Source: an uncultured Acidobacteriota bacterium (GTDB lineage: Bacteria; Acidobacteriota; UBA6911; RPQK01; JAPXNP01). Taken from it: a DNA stretch of 64,000 bases. The translations under genes and the position numbers were made by a program. Under the pieces are notes generated by a model. The model was not told where the DNA came from. It did not search any database and saw only the letters and a list, made by a program, of their open reading frames with translations. Where the stretch lies: assembly GCA_963777605.1 (NCBI GenBank), contig CAVZRV010000035.1, positions 64,001 to 128,000 on the forward strand. The letters are read 5' to 3'. This document shows, in pieces, positions 1 to 11,080 of this stretch (the first letter of the stretch is position 1; each line of letters opens with the position of its first letter).

Positions 1-254
1 ACCAGGTGTACTCCGGGAACTGGCTCTGGGCGATCTTAAACTTGAGCAGGCCGTCCTCCCAGATGTGCATCCCCTTCACCTCGATGGACTCCTGCCTTCC
101 GCCCGGGTAGAGCACCTTGAAGTCGAGTGTACCAGGTCCGGTCTGCGGCGCTCGTCAGCCGGAACTTCTGGGCCTCGAAGCGCCAGCTGGCGATCTCGCC
201 GGATTTGCGTTGCGCCTCCATCCGGTCGGCGAAGGCCCGCTCCGTCTTCGTCAT
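1..254 (-). pseudogene. DUF1064-like PD-(D/E)xK nuclease, frameshifted and running off the window start
   Basis: MTKTERAFADRME...WRFEAQKFRL...WYT continues in another frame (shift near 125) as DFKVLYPGGRQESIEVKGMHIWEDGLLKFK, giving a YT(P)DF...EVKG motif. Confidence 0.6.
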
Positions 255-706
255 CAGGGGAATGGTCGGTGTCGCGTTCGGCTCACTTCCCGGATCCAGG
301 CGTGGCCGATCATCACAATGCGGCTGCACAAATTGACTGGGTCGGCGGCAAGAAGCTGAAAGAACTTGCTTTGCTGCACTTTCAGTGCGATATTCCGGGA
401 AGTCTTATGCGGGCAGAAATCAAAAAGCCCGCATCTTCTCGGAATCAATCTGGTTCTGTTTGTGTCTTGGGAGACCTCACACGAAGGCAGGAATCAGCCT
501 GATCACGCTTGGCGTTCTGGGGTGGCTCCGCAGTTTACTCTCAAGATTCGGATGGCCATTTGCGGGAAATCGCCTGGAATCCGCAATGGCCGATTCCAGA
601 CTGACGCATAACAAGTCATTCCAGCGAAAGGTCAGGAGCTGCGCTTCTTGTCATCCGCTGAGTTCCAACCTTAGGCGCGCTCGAGGTGCATGGGAGAGAA
701 ACAGGT

Positions 707-841
707 ATGAAGAGGAACGGATTGCAGGAGAGTGGGTCTCCTTCTCAGTTTATCGACGCGAGAATCGAGGAGCTTGGCGACTGGCGGGGCAAAATGCTCA
801 GCCGGATCCGTACATTGATTAAAGAGGCATTGTCAACTTAA
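707..841 (+). pseudogene. Truncated DUF1801 (YdhG-like) protein N-terminus
   Basis: Hand translation MKRNGLQESGSPSQFIDARIEELGDWRGKMLSRIRTLIKEA, then an early stop at an IS6-like end sequence. Confidence 0.6.
826..840. mobile_element. Solo IS6-like terminal inverted repeat
   Basis: GGCATTGTCAACTT resembles the IS6 ends at 43523 (GGCACTGTCAAGT) and 58954 (GGCTTTGTCAAGTT); it lies exactly where the DUF1801 gene is truncated. Confidence 0.45.
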
Positions 842-1092
842 GGCGATAGCGGAAGGCAAGAGAAAGAAGACTCGAGGCGCGGAAAAGGACCCGACTCAGG
901 GAGGCTTTGCGAGATCCGTGCCTCGATCGCACCTTACGCGCTGAAACTCGAAACCTCGGAACCCCGAAAATCTCGCGGAATCCGAAACCCGCCACCGGGG
1001 AGTTCCCGGCCGGTCCGGAGAACCTTCCGGGTACTGGATGCGTTCTCCTGCTGTGGCCTCTGCGCCAGATTCAGAGTGCCCGAGGAGTTCAC

Positions 1093-2454
1093 ATGCACTG
1101 CGACCGACACACAATTCTGTTTCCAGCCTTCACGATGCTGCTGTCCTCCTTCCTGGGGGCGGCTCTGGCGATGGACGATTGCCCTGCCCGGAAAGTAGAT
1201 TCCTTGTTTCAGACGATCGGCACGGCAGCGCCGGGAGCTGCGGTTCTGGTCACCGAGAACGGCCGGGTGTTGTACGAGCACGGATACGGCCTGGCAGACG
1301 TCGAGAAAGGGGTGCCCATGACCCCGACCACCCGAGTCTGCATCGCATCGGTGACAAAGCAGTTCACCGCTGCCGCCGTCCTGATTTTGACCGAGCGAGG
1401 TCGGATCAATCTCGATCAGCCGGTTCAGGCTTATCTGCCCGACTTCTCACACGGCGATATCACGGTCCGGCAGCTGCTCACCCACACCTCCGGCCTGCCA
1501 GACTTTGTCAATTATGATCAGGCGAATGCGATGCCTCTCGACGCGAGCCCGGGGGATCGCCTGAACTACAGCAATACGGGGTACATGGTGCTGGGCAAAC
1601 TCATAGAGAAAGTCTCCGGTCTCTCCTATGCCGCGTTTCTGGATGAGAACATCTTCAAGCCCCTGATGCTGGAAAACACGGGTCTCGACTCGGCGGCGTC
1701 GGTCTCCTCGCGAGCCCAGGGCTACCTGAACGAGGGCAATGGTTTTCGGGCGACGCCTCCCCATTCCGTGGAAGACGCCTATGCCGCAGGCGGACTGTAT
1801 TCTACGGTCGAGGATCTCTATCTGTGGGACCAGTCCTGGTATGACAATCGCCTACTTCGTCCCGCCAGTATCGAGGCCGCATTGACTCCGGTACAGTTAA
1901 ACGATGGCCGAAAGGCTCCCTATGGATTCGGCTGGATGATCACCGAGTTTCGCGGCGCGCGTGAAATCTCCCACGGAGGCGACATCACCGGTTTCAACTC
2001 GTTCATCGCCCGCTATCCGGACCTGCACTTCAGTGTTGTGGTGTTGAGCAATATCGGGATGCGTCCGCCCGGGCCCCTGCCCAGCGCCGCCGACCTGGCC
2101 CACACGATTGCAGCCATTTACCTGGGTGAGAAGCTGGCTCCCGAACAGGTTCCAGTTCCCGCTGAGGTCGATGCGTCCGTTCTGCGCTCCTACGTGGGGC
2201 GCTATCGCCTTGACGCCCCGGCACAGATCACCAGCGAGTCCGGCGAAATCTTTACCATCACCCTCGAAGACGGCCACCTCCTGGGAGAAAGCAAGAATGG
2301 GAAAGGCGAGCTGTTTGCGGACTCGGAGACAATGTTTCATCCGGTTGGATTTCCGGTCAAGATTACGTTCCTCCGCAGCCCGGGTGGAACGGTCGATGAA
2401 CTACTCTTCAGCCTGATGGGACTGCGCGAATTCGCGGCCCACCGTGTAGACTGA
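1093..2454 (+). CDS. Secreted serine hydrolase, beta-lactamase/AmpC-like family, with DUF3471-like C-terminus
   Basis: SxxK (SVTK), YxN (YSN) and HGG motifs; signal peptide; GAGGAG RBS before ATG 1093. Confidence 0.88.
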   Translation: MHCDRHTILFPAFTMLLSSFLGAALAMDDCPARKVDSLFQTIGTAAPGAAVLVTENGRVLYEHGYGLADVEKGVPMTPTTRVCIASVTKQFTAAAVLILTERGRINLDQPVQAYLPDFSHGDITVRQLLTHTSGLPDFVNYDQANAMPLDASPGDRLNYSNTGYMVLGKLIEKVSGLSYAAFLDENIFKPLMLENTGLDSAASVSSRAQGYLNEGNGFRATPPHSVEDAYAAGGLYSTVEDLYLWDQSWYDNRLLRPASIEAALTPVQLNDGRKAPYGFGWMITEFRGAREISHGGDITGFNSFIARYPDLHFSVVVLSNIGMRPPGPLPSAADLAHTIAAIYLGEKLAPEQVPVPAEVDASVLRSYVGRYRLDAPAQITSESGEIFTITLEDGHLLGESKNGKGELFADSETMFHPVGFPVKITFLRSPGGTVDELLFSLMGLREFAAHRVD

Positions 2455-2526
2455 GGGGACCACAGCAACAGCCGAGGGGTTCTGGAAATCGGGCGGTTGA
2501 GTGCATTTCGCACTTTGCATTTCGGC

Positions 2527-2829
2527 TCACTCCTCGGCAATCTCTCTCTGGGGCGGGGCGTAGACCATCCTCCGTCCGCGGACATAGGATTCGTCGGCCA
2601 GAATGCCTGCAACCGCATGGGCGTGGCCAGCCTCCATGGGGGCGTTCGGCTCCTGGCGCGTCCTCAGACAGTCGAGCCAGTTCTTCATGTGGTGAACACT
2701 TTCAACCGTTGGCAGTCTCGAGCCGGATGTGATCCGGTCGAGCTCCCCCATCCCTTCGCAGCTGAGCGGCCATTCCCCGTTCGAGGACCAGTCGTTGCAA
2801 TCGATGGAACCCCGAGTCCCGTAGACCAT
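2527..2829 (-). pseudogene. C-terminal fragment of a Gfo/Idh/MocA oxidoreductase
   Basis: YGTRGSI...HMKNWLDCLRTRQEPNAPMEAGHAHAVAGILADESY is typical of the family C-terminus; no NAD-binding N-terminus. Confidence 0.65.
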
Positions 2830-2973
2830 GTTGAAATGGAATCCCCCATTGCATTGGCTCGAGCAGTAGGAAAGCTTCCATCAGGGACCGGGCGTCCATT
2901 TTTCAACTTGAGCATCAAGGTGCGACTTCAGGAACTTGGAATGAACCACGGTGACTAATAAAGAGAAGGTGAG

Positions 2974-4485
2974 GTGCCCGTGAAATCCGGAAGACTTCGT
3001 CCGTTGGGCCCGCTATCCATTGGTTTAGTCGCCATCATAGGACTGACCACAAGCAACAACATGCTGTCCAGTAGCGCAGGACTTTATGATCGCCTGCATC
3101 CCGTTCTGGAGCAGGCAGTCGCAGACCTCAAGGCGCCCGGGATGGTAGTCGCAGTCATTCGCGGCGGGAGGATAGACTACCTGGAGGCCTTTGGCGTTCG
3201 GGACCTCGAAGAACCGAATGCACTGGTGACGCCTGAGACACTCTTCCAAATGGCCTCGGTCACCAAGACCTTTTCGGCGACCGGCGTGCTGCAACTGGTT
3301 GAGCAGGGGAAACTGGATCTGGATGCCCCGGTGGCCCACTACCTGAACTATTTCCGGATGGCAGATCCCTGGTACGCCCAGATTACGGCGAGGCAATTGC
3401 TGAGCCACAGCTCCGGAATGCCGAATGTGGAGAATCCCGAATTCGAAAATGCCCAATTTGACAGCGGTGCCCTGGAACGGTTCGTCCGAAGCCTTGGAGC
3501 GCGGTCCCTTATCGCTTCTCCCGGAACCGAATTCCACTACAGCAATATCGGTTACGCTGTGCTTGGAGACCTCGTTGCCAAGATCAGCGGCGAAGTATTC
3601 GAAGAGTACGTTCAGAAGCACATTCTGCAACCACTCGCTATGAACCAGAGCACACTGCTGCTCGAGCGGGCTCGCAACAACGAACTGGCTGGCCCCCATA
3701 TTGTGAGTCTTGCCTACGAGATCACCTCAACTCGCTTGTTTCCGTATAACCGGGCGCTTTCTCCCGCTGCGACACTCTTCTCGAACGGCTCGGAAATGTG
3801 TCGTTGGGCATTAGCGAATCTCAATCGGGGTGCTTTGGACGGCGTGCGAATTCTGGCGGACTCCACCTACGAGCTCATGTGGCAGCCCACAGGTGAAGGG
3901 TTCTCGCATATGGGGTTGGGTTGGTTTCTTTGGACCTATCGAGGGCACAGAATGGTCGGGCATTCCGGCAGCGACCTGGGTTTCGTAACCGACCTGCAAT
4001 TGATGCCAGAACAGGGAATTGCCGTCGTCGTGATGATGAACCGCGACCGCGGATCGATTCGTCCCGTCGTAAGTGCCGCACTGGACGCCGCTCTGGGACT
4101 ATCCCCAGAACCCATTGTGGTCAAACCTTGGCTGGCCAAGCAAATCTATAGGATGATCAACAGCGAGGGTGTGGCATCGGCGATAAAAAGGTATCGGGAG
4201 CTCAAGAAGCAACCGTCCGAACAGCTCGACTTGAATGAATGGGTCCTGAACGACGTCGGCTACCACCTTTTGCGGCAGGGAAGAACGGATGAAGCAGTCC
4301 ATGTCTTCGAGGTCAACGTGGAAGACTACCCGGCATCATCCAATGCGCATGACAGTCTTGCCGACGGATACTGGAATTTGGGGGACCGCGATCAGGCGGT
4401 GTATCACTATCGAAAGTCGCTCGAATTGAATCCGAACAACCGGAAGGCAGAAGAGCGCATCAAGGCGAAATCAGAGATGCCCTGA
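2974..4485 (+). CDS. Serine hydrolase (beta-lactamase family) with C-terminal TPR
   Basis: SVTK, YSN and HSG motifs; C-terminal LNDVGYHLL...NAHDSLADGY...SLELNPNN TPR. Confidence 0.88.
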   Translation: MPVKSGRLRPLGPLSIGLVAIIGLTTSNNMLSSSAGLYDRLHPVLEQAVADLKAPGMVVAVIRGGRIDYLEAFGVRDLEEPNALVTPETLFQMASVTKTFSATGVLQLVEQGKLDLDAPVAHYLNYFRMADPWYAQITARQLLSHSSGMPNVENPEFENAQFDSGALERFVRSLGARSLIASPGTEFHYSNIGYAVLGDLVAKISGEVFEEYVQKHILQPLAMNQSTLLLERARNNELAGPHIVSLAYEITSTRLFPYNRALSPAATLFSNGSEMCRWALANLNRGALDGVRILADSTYELMWQPTGEGFSHMGLGWFLWTYRGHRMVGHSGSDLGFVTDLQLMPEQGIAVVVMMNRDRGSIRPVVSAALDAALGLSPEPIVVKPWLAKQIYRMINSEGVASAIKRYRELKKQPSEQLDLNEWVLNDVGYHLLRQGRTDEAVHVFEVNVEDYPASSNAHDSLADGYWNLGDRDQAVYHYRKSLELNPNNRKAEERIKAKSEMP

Positions 4486-4534
4486 CTGCGGCGACTGTAC
4501 CCGCATTTGGGTTCGAAGTCGGACTGCACGAACC

Positions 4535-6181
4535 ATGGTTCAAAGACTGACATTATCACTGGTAACGGTGCTGACCCTGGCAGTGGCTATCGCCCCGCTC
4601 AGAAGCCGGAGACTCGAAGGGGCGGAGTGCCAGCCGACCCTGATCATCTGGAATGCCCGGGTGTGGACCGGCAATCCGAATCAACCGCGAGCGGAGGCAG
4701 TTGCATTTGTAGGTCATCGCATCCTCCTCGTTGGTACGAACGAGGAGGTGCTGTCTTCTCGCCAGCCTTCGACAAAGCTGGTTGATGCTGGAGGAAATTC
4801 GGTATTACCCGGGTTCATCGATGCCCATTTTCATCTTCTTGATCTCAAGCCGCCCAAGGAATCGATCAATCTGCGCTGGGCGTCAAGCAAGCGGGAGTTC
4901 ATCGAAACTGTCGCCGGATATACCCGATCGGTTCCGGAGGGAGAATGGATCCTGGGAGAGGGCTGGGACGAACGGAAGTGGGGCGGTGAGCTGCCCGAAA
5001 GGGGATGGATCGACTCCGTTACCGGACACAATCCGGTCTGGCTCGTAAGGAACCACGGAGGAGCCGGACTGGCCAATTCGCAGGCTCTGAAGGCAGCCGG
5101 AATAACTGTGAGTTCGAGCCGAAACCTTCAGGGAGTTGCCCTCGATCCGAATGGAATACCCACCGGGCTGATTCGCGGAGGGCCTATGTGGCTCATCGAC
5201 GCCGCCCAGGTTGAAAGACACTTGGGGACTGCAGGTGATGAGGCCGAAGCCCTCATGCACCGTCTCGCTGCCCTTGGGGTCACCTCGGTACACCACACCG
5301 GGAACTGGCAGGAACTACTCGTCTTCCAGATGCTGGATCGAGAGCACAGGCTTCCCATTCGGATCTACGCCGGGGTCCCGTTTCTGGGCTGGGAGAGGCT
5401 GCGCGACTATATTGCTGCTAACGGCAGGGGGGATCGCCTTCTCCATTGGGGCGGTCTGAAGCTTTTCAGGGATATCCCCTGGATCGAGGGAGATACGTCA
5501 ATTCCGACAAGGCTGGACCGCTGGGCAATTCTCCCGACTGAGGGCGAGGTAAGAGAATGGATTCTGGAGGCATCGAAGGCGCGACTGCAGATCATGGTCC
5601 ACGCCGGCGGGCTGCGCTTTCTGAAGCTCTTCAATCAGGTCCACGAGGCTCTGGGTTCTCCGGATCTCAGATTCCGGATCGAACACGCCCACGACATTCC
5701 ATCCGACTGGATTCCTTTATACGCGCGCGCCGGCGTGATCGCGAGTATCCAACCTCCTCTTCTGGCACACTTCGACATTAGAACGAAGCTGGGGCAGGCC
5801 AAGCCGATAAACCTCTTTCCGTGTCGAGCGTTGCTCGAGTCGGGAGTCACCATTGCATTTGGCACCGATGCAATCACGGCCAGTTCCCTGCTCTCGCCCT
5901 TTGAGGTGATAAGGATGGCTGTCGAACGCCCCGGTCCTGATGGACGGAGGTTAAGTCTTGAGCAGTGTCTGCAGGCTTATACCATCTCCGCGGCATATGC
6001 GGAGTTCGAAGAGAAGGAGAAAGGCACCATCGAACCGGGCAAATGGGCAGACACCATCCTGCTCGACCGTGACCTGTTCGCACAGCCAATCTCAGACCTC
6101 GGAGAGATTCGGGTCGTTCTCACTGTCATGGACGGAGAGATCGTCCATGGAGGTGCTTTGTATTCTGCGGGGGCCAACTAA
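4535..6181 (+). CDS. Amidohydrolase family 3 (YtcJ-like) metal-dependent hydrolase
   Basis: PGFIDAHFH, RIEHA, FGTD and KGTIEPGKWAD motifs; signal peptide. Confidence 0.88.
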   Translation: MVQRLTLSLVTVLTLAVAIAPLRSRRLEGAECQPTLIIWNARVWTGNPNQPRAEAVAFVGHRILLVGTNEEVLSSRQPSTKLVDAGGNSVLPGFIDAHFHLLDLKPPKESINLRWASSKREFIETVAGYTRSVPEGEWILGEGWDERKWGGELPERGWIDSVTGHNPVWLVRNHGGAGLANSQALKAAGITVSSSRNLQGVALDPNGIPTGLIRGGPMWLIDAAQVERHLGTAGDEAEALMHRLAALGVTSVHHTGNWQELLVFQMLDREHRLPIRIYAGVPFLGWERLRDYIAANGRGDRLLHWGGLKLFRDIPWIEGDTSIPTRLDRWAILPTEGEVREWILEASKARLQIMVHAGGLRFLKLFNQVHEALGSPDLRFRIEHAHDIPSDWIPLYARAGVIASIQPPLLAHFDIRTKLGQAKPINLFPCRALLESGVTIAFGTDAITASSLLSPFEVIRMAVERPGPDGRRLSLEQCLQAYTISAAYAEFEEKEKGTIEPGKWADTILLDRDLFAQPISDLGEIRVVLTVMDGEIVHGGALYSAGAN

Positions 6182-6230
6182 TCTCATATCACTCGTGACA
6201 TAACCATCACTGGAATCTGATAGGCCCATT

Positions 6231-6491
6231 TCAGGGATCACTGCGGCTTGCAACTGATTGGAATTTGAACAACTCGGCGACGTCGACTCCAAAAGCATTC
6301 GACAGTCGATTCAAGGTCTTAAGCGACAAGTTCCGCTGGCCATATTCAATGCGCTGGTAGTACTTGTATTCGAACCCAGACCGGCACATATCCTTCTGCC
6401 GAGGTCCTCCCTGGAGGGGGAACTGGCGAACTCCGCTATCCACTCCTCCTTTGGGCTTGTAATTTCCTGTGCACTTTCTGCCAGAATTCAT
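6231..6491 (-). pseudogene. XRE-family HTH regulator with a disrupted N-terminus
   Basis: QKDM...FEYKYYQRIEYGQRNLSLKTLNRLSNAFGVDVAELF is an HTH_3 pattern; the plausible first helix (FWQKVHRKLQAQRR) lies in another frame. Confidence 0.65.
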
Positions 6492-6556
6492 AAGGCCGGA
6501 TCTGGTCTACCTCGCTTCCCTCATAAACAGCCCTGCTTCACCGACTCCGATTCTCC

Positions 6557-6697
6557 TGTGTGAGACCCTGTGTGAGAGAATCTGGCCAAAACGTGGAAAA
6601 TCGTCCAAAATCGGCAAAACGGCGATTCCTCTAACTTCAGCAAGTTATTGAAAATGAGTAGGTTGTGAAGATCGTCAGGTTCTGCTTTGGGAGCAGG
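6557..6697 (+). repeat. att-like arm block ending in a tRNA-Pro(TGG) anticodon stem-loop
   Basis: TGTGTGA x2, phased AAAA tracts and an IHF-like AAGTTATTGAAA, closely matching 32207-32330; then CTGC-TTTGGGA-GCAG at 6682-6696. Confidence 0.65.
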
Positions 6698-6865
6698 TCA
6701 TCGCTGAACGCGCCCTTGCTTTCGCGGCCAGGCTCTGGGGTTGTATTTTTCTCGTTGTGCAGTCCAAGGATTTTTGCGCAAGTGAGGTGGGCCAGTTTGG
6801 GGAAGAGTGGAAGAGCGTCGCCCCAGCCGCGCGGCGGAGCTTCCGCTCGCCGCTATCCAGCCGAA

Positions 6866-7755
6866 TCAACGGTCGCGCTCGATTGCTGCGGGCCCGGCGC
6901 GGGAGTGGGTTCGTTGTCGGAAGGCGGCTGCGGCTTTTTTGACGGTGTGTCTTGCGTAATACCGAGGATCGTCTTGTCGGAGCGGAATTCGGCCATGGCG
7001 GTGATGATCTTTTCCTCGGGGACTCCTCGGGCCAGGGCTCGCATGGCGTAGGCCCAGTCTTTTTCGGATTGGGAGCGGTGGCCGTCGGGGAGTTGGCGTT
7101 CTCCGGAGATTGGGGAGAGCTGTTCGGGGGTGAAGCGAGGGAACTGGTCGGGGCGGTAGATTTCGTCGGAGAGTTTCTCGGCGGTGACCGGATGGGGCGG
7201 GTCGTATTTGTGGTTGAGGAAGCCGGGGATTCGGAGGACCCGGGAGGAGTCGGTTGCGGCGGGGTCGGCGCCGGTTTCCCGGACGAGGGCTCGCTGGATT
7301 CCTTCGGCCTGGTCTTGCTCGAAGCCTTCCGCCTTCCAGATGATCTGGTACTTTCCGGCCGAGCTCTGGACGACATAGTTCGGGGTCGGAATGTCGGTTC
7401 GTTCGAGGAGACGATTCAGCGCTTCGGGGCCTCCGTGGTCGAGATCGAGATAGATGTGGCGGATGGTGCCGATGTCCTCCTTGGTCCGGCCGGTTGCCTG
7501 GGGTCGGAGGGCATTCATGGAGAGATAGACTTCGTAACGGCGGGAGTTCATGAAGCGAAGCCAGCGCTGGAAGTCTTCGGCGGCGATTCGCTCGGCCGAG
7601 GCGATCCGCTGAACCACGCCGCCATGTCTTCGGTTGACGAGGACGAGCGCGACTCGGTCTTTGGGTTCGAAGTTGTCGCGGATATAGGCGGCGGCCGTTT
7701 CCGAGTCGGTGCTCTGGTCTTTCAAGGTGTCGGTTCTTGATGCTGGGTCAATCAT
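6866..7755 (-). CDS. RepB'-type (RSF1010-like AEP) DNA primase; probable frameshift near 6970
   Basis: YLDLDHGG, SSAGKYQIIW, D..RVLRIPGFLNHKY and SQSEKDWAYAMRALARG; the tail DPRYYARHTVKKA is in the shifted frame. Confidence 0.8.
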
Positions 7756-8719
7756 GGTCTGCTCCATTTCGGCGGTACAGGACTTGGAGTTCATACCGGT
7801 CCCGTCCCGGATCGTAGTGTTGGATTTCGAGGACCTCCGCGACCTGGCGCCTGCCCTTTCGTCGCTCGATGTGCAGAAGGAGATGGATCGAGTCGGCGAT
7901 GCTGCTTCGCACGGCCGTGTAGGGCAGTTCGACACCGCTTTGAAGGACACAGCTCGTAAAGCGAGCAACGGCTTGCTCGGCCGAGTTGGCGTGGATCGTG
8001 GAGAGCGTTCCGGAATGGCCGGTATTGAGCGCCTGGAGGAGATCGAAGGCTTCCCCGCCCCGCACTTCGCCGAGGATGATCCGATCGGGCCGGTGGCGAA
8101 GGGCCGCCCGCAAGAGATCCCGGATCGTGACGGCCGGCAGTCCCGGATGATCGCGACGGGCCTCGAGGCGCACCAGGTTGGCCTTATCGATCTGGATCTC
8201 GGCCGTATCCTCGATCAGAATCAATCGACACGATGCGGGGACGAAGGCCGTCAGTGCGTTGAGCAGCGTCGTCTTGCCGCTGGCCGTACCGCCACTGATC
8301 AGGATGTTCTTCTCCGATTCGATGGCCTTCTGCAGCGTATTGACGAGATCGGTGGTCAGCGTGCCGATCCGGATCAGCTCTTCGGCGGTAAAGCGCTTGT
8401 TGTGGAACTTCCGGATGGTCAAGGTGGTTCCGCCGACAGAACACGGAGGAAAGACCGCGGCGACCCGCGAGCCGTCCGGAAGCCGCGAGTCGAGGATCGG
8501 CTTTTCCTCGGAGATCTCGTCGTCAAGTGCCCGGGCGATGTTTCGGGCGGCAATCTGCAGGCTCTTCTCCGAGATCTCGACCCCACGAACCGGCTCCACC
8601 AGGCCGTGTCGTTCGATGAAGACGCGGGAAGGGGCATTGATCATGATTTCGCTGACTTCCGGGTCCCGGATGAGGTTTTCGATCGGTCGAAGAAAGGGCA
8701 GGATCACGTCGAAGCTCAT
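7748..8719 (-). CDS. virB11: VirB11/TrbB/CpaF family secretion ATPase
   Basis: Walker A GGTASGKTT, IEDTAE, LRHRPDRIILGEVRG and NTGHSGTLSTIHANS. Confidence 0.93.
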   Translation of the reverse strand: MSFDVILPFLRPIENLIRDPEVSEIMINAPSRVFIERHGLVEPVRGVEISEKSLQIAARNIARALDDEISEEKPILDSRLPDGSRVAAVFPPCSVGGTTLTIRKFHNKRFTAEELIRIGTLTTDLVNTLQKAIESEKNILISGGTASGKTTLLNALTAFVPASCRLILIEDTAEIQIDKANLVRLEARRDHPGLPAVTIRDLLRAALRHRPDRIILGEVRGGEAFDLLQALNTGHSGTLSTIHANSAEQAVARFTSCVLQSGVELPYTAVRSSIADSIHLLLHIERRKGRRQVAEVLEIQHYDPGRDRYELQVLYRRNGADHD

Positions 8720-10719
8720 CCGATTTCTCCTTGATCGAGCTGTTCGAAGTAGCTCAAGTTTCGATCCCGAAAGTAGGGCTTCAGGTAGCAGTAAGACGGC
8801 GGATGGGGATTGAACCCGTCGTAGGCCAGGACGATCGACTGGGCGTTTCGGAGTTCGGCGAAGATCTTGGGTTCGAAGACGGCGTCCCGGACGACGCTGT
8901 AACTCTTACTGGCGCTGACACTCGACTTGTGGGCCGTGGTGCGGCCGGTGAGCACACTGACCCGGGCGTCCTGGCCGTGCTCGGAGAGGTTGTAGTGAAG
9001 CCGCAGCTGTTCTTCTTTTCCGCACAGTTCGCTGGCCACCCGAGTGCTGAAGTCGTCGGAAAGGGCCAGGAAGATCTTGGTGCGAAAGGTCTGAAGCAGC
9101 GTCCGCCAGGATTCCCCGGGCAGGGTGGATCGAAGCGAACTGATGCTCTGCGTGGCGACGATCGGAATGCAGCGGGCCTGCCGGGAGAGGCTGAAAAACT
9201 TCTCGTCGCCGGTCGGATCGCTCTCACCGACAGTGGCAAAGGAATGGTACTCGTCGCAGAGGAACAACACTTCCCGCCAGTACCGGTCATCCTGGGATTC
9301 GATCCTGGGGATCCGGTCCAACATGGCCCGCTGGAAGTCCTGTTTCAAGAAAGTGCCGATCGCTCGGGCCAGGCCCGGATTGGCCGAGACGGGGAAGTTC
9401 AGAGCGCAGACCTTGCCCTGTTCGATCAGCTCGGAGAAAGGAGGCAGCGGCTTGCCGTATCGGCCGTCGCGGTTCATCTCCGGGTCGTAGCATTCCTTCG
9501 GAGGGCAGAACGTGCGTCTTGACGGCCGGGTTGTCGTCGAAAAGCGAAAGAAAGACGGAGATTCCTTCGACGATCGAGGTTCGGAGCTTGGGCTCGATCC
9601 GCATCCAGTCGTGAAAGAACCATCGCTCGACGGCTTCGAACTGAGCCTGCTTATCCTCCCTGGCTGCTTCGGACGCCCCGGCGGTCTCGGTCTGGATTTC
9701 ATACTGGATGCCGCGACGCTCGAGTTGATCGACGAGGTCTTCGGTCAAGACCGCCTTGAGCCGGTTCGTCTCCGGATCCATTTCGAAGGGGAGATCTTCC
9801 AGATGCTCGTGATCGAGAAACGCGTCCGGGTGGATCATCAGGGTGGTCGTCTCGCGAAAGCGGTGTCGTCCCTCTTCGATGCGCTTTTCGAGAAGATCGG
9901 GATTGATGGCGCATTCGTAGACGTCGAAGAGCGTGACGTAGTCGTAGACGACCTTGTGGAGCAGGATGATGAACTTGACGAGGTTCGTGTAGGCCTGCTG
10001 CCAGAAGGGCTCCTTGCCTTTGCCGAAGAGGTTGTTCAACAAGTGACGCGATCCCGTAAGCCAGGGCGTAGGCTTCGAGATCGTTGTGAAGCGGGTTGTA
10101 GCGATACTCGGAAGCGAGGCTCATTTCGACGTAGTCGTCGGCCCGGCCGTGTCGCGTCAGGATCTCGTTCACCTTGTGGCAGAAGTCCCCTTTGACTTCG
10201 AGTACCAGGCCGCTCGGCCGCCGATCGGGATCGCTTGCCCGGTAGGCCAGGATCTGCTCGGCGAAGGGAACCATGCAGCAGCTCGTCTTGCCCGTACCGG
10301 TCGCACCGAAAATGGCCAGGCCGGTAAAGAGTCCCCGACGGGGGATCGTCAGCCAACGGGGACGCTCGGCCGGTACGGGCTTTTTGGGATGGTGGACTTC
10401 GCCGAGGACGAGGTAGAGCTCGTCGCGTTCTGTGGGTTCGACATAGCGGGGCAGGCGTCCATGGAGGGTGCCGCTGTTTCTTCGGACGAGGAAGATGTAG
10501 GCCAGTGAAAGCGTGGCCGAGGTCACGATGTAGGGCGAAGTGAAGGAGAGCGCGACATAGATCAGTTTGAAGGCCAGAAAGAGTGCGCGGGCGTTCTGCG
10601 CCGATGAGTTCGAGGACCGGGTTGTCCTTGGGAAAGGGGAGCCAGTACTGGACCAGGACCGTCGTTGCGGCGGCAACGAGGAAGCTCACGAATGGTTTGT
10701 TTTCGTAGAGTCGTTTCAT
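8716..10719 (-). CDS. virD4: Type IV coupling protein (VirD4/TraG-like), split by at least 3 frameshifts
   Basis: N-terminal TM segments; Walker A GATGTGKT; LVLEVKGDF; YNPL; FWQQAY; Walker B FLCDEYH; VATQSISSL, spread over ORFs 10036-10719, 9699-10676, 9287-10042 and 8716-9702. Confidence 0.85.
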
Positions 10720-10822
10720 GGCCTGCAGAAGACACGTTCGAGGGTTGCCGGTTCATGAACTCGGTGTGAGTCGTGAACCTCAGGAGGCAAGCAGGGATGC
10801 TTGCCCTACGCTGTAGTGAGTT

Positions 10823-10923
10823 GTGGGGTGGGCGGGAGCGACCCTGGCCGAACCTTCGGGGGAGGAGTTAAGGTCTGGGCGCCTCAGGCGCCCAATGACC
10901 GGGGTCGCTCCCGCCCACCCCAC
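10823..10923. repeat. Perfect 22-bp inverted repeat with a nested palindrome (candidate oriT or ssi)
   Basis: GTGGGGTGGGCGGGAGCGACCC (10823-10844) and its reverse complement (10902-10923); inner TGGGCGCCT-C-AGGCGCCCA (10876-10894); intergenic upstream of virD4. Confidence 0.7.
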
Positions 10924-11080
10924 GACCCCGCGAAGCGCCCAAAGGGACGCGACGCGGTTTCGCAATGTATTGATAATTCTTGGCTTTGGCCTTATCGAGC
11001 GGGTGAAGCTGCGGTGAAATCTACGGTCGAAACCCTGATGCAGACAAGTCGTCGATCGTCTTGGCGGCGCAAGAAGTGAT

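Noticed and set aside
6703-6722. MOBQ-type nic site (GAACGCGCCCTTG)
   Set aside because: Only a partial match to TAAGTGCGCCCT, and there is no MobA/MobL relaxase in the window
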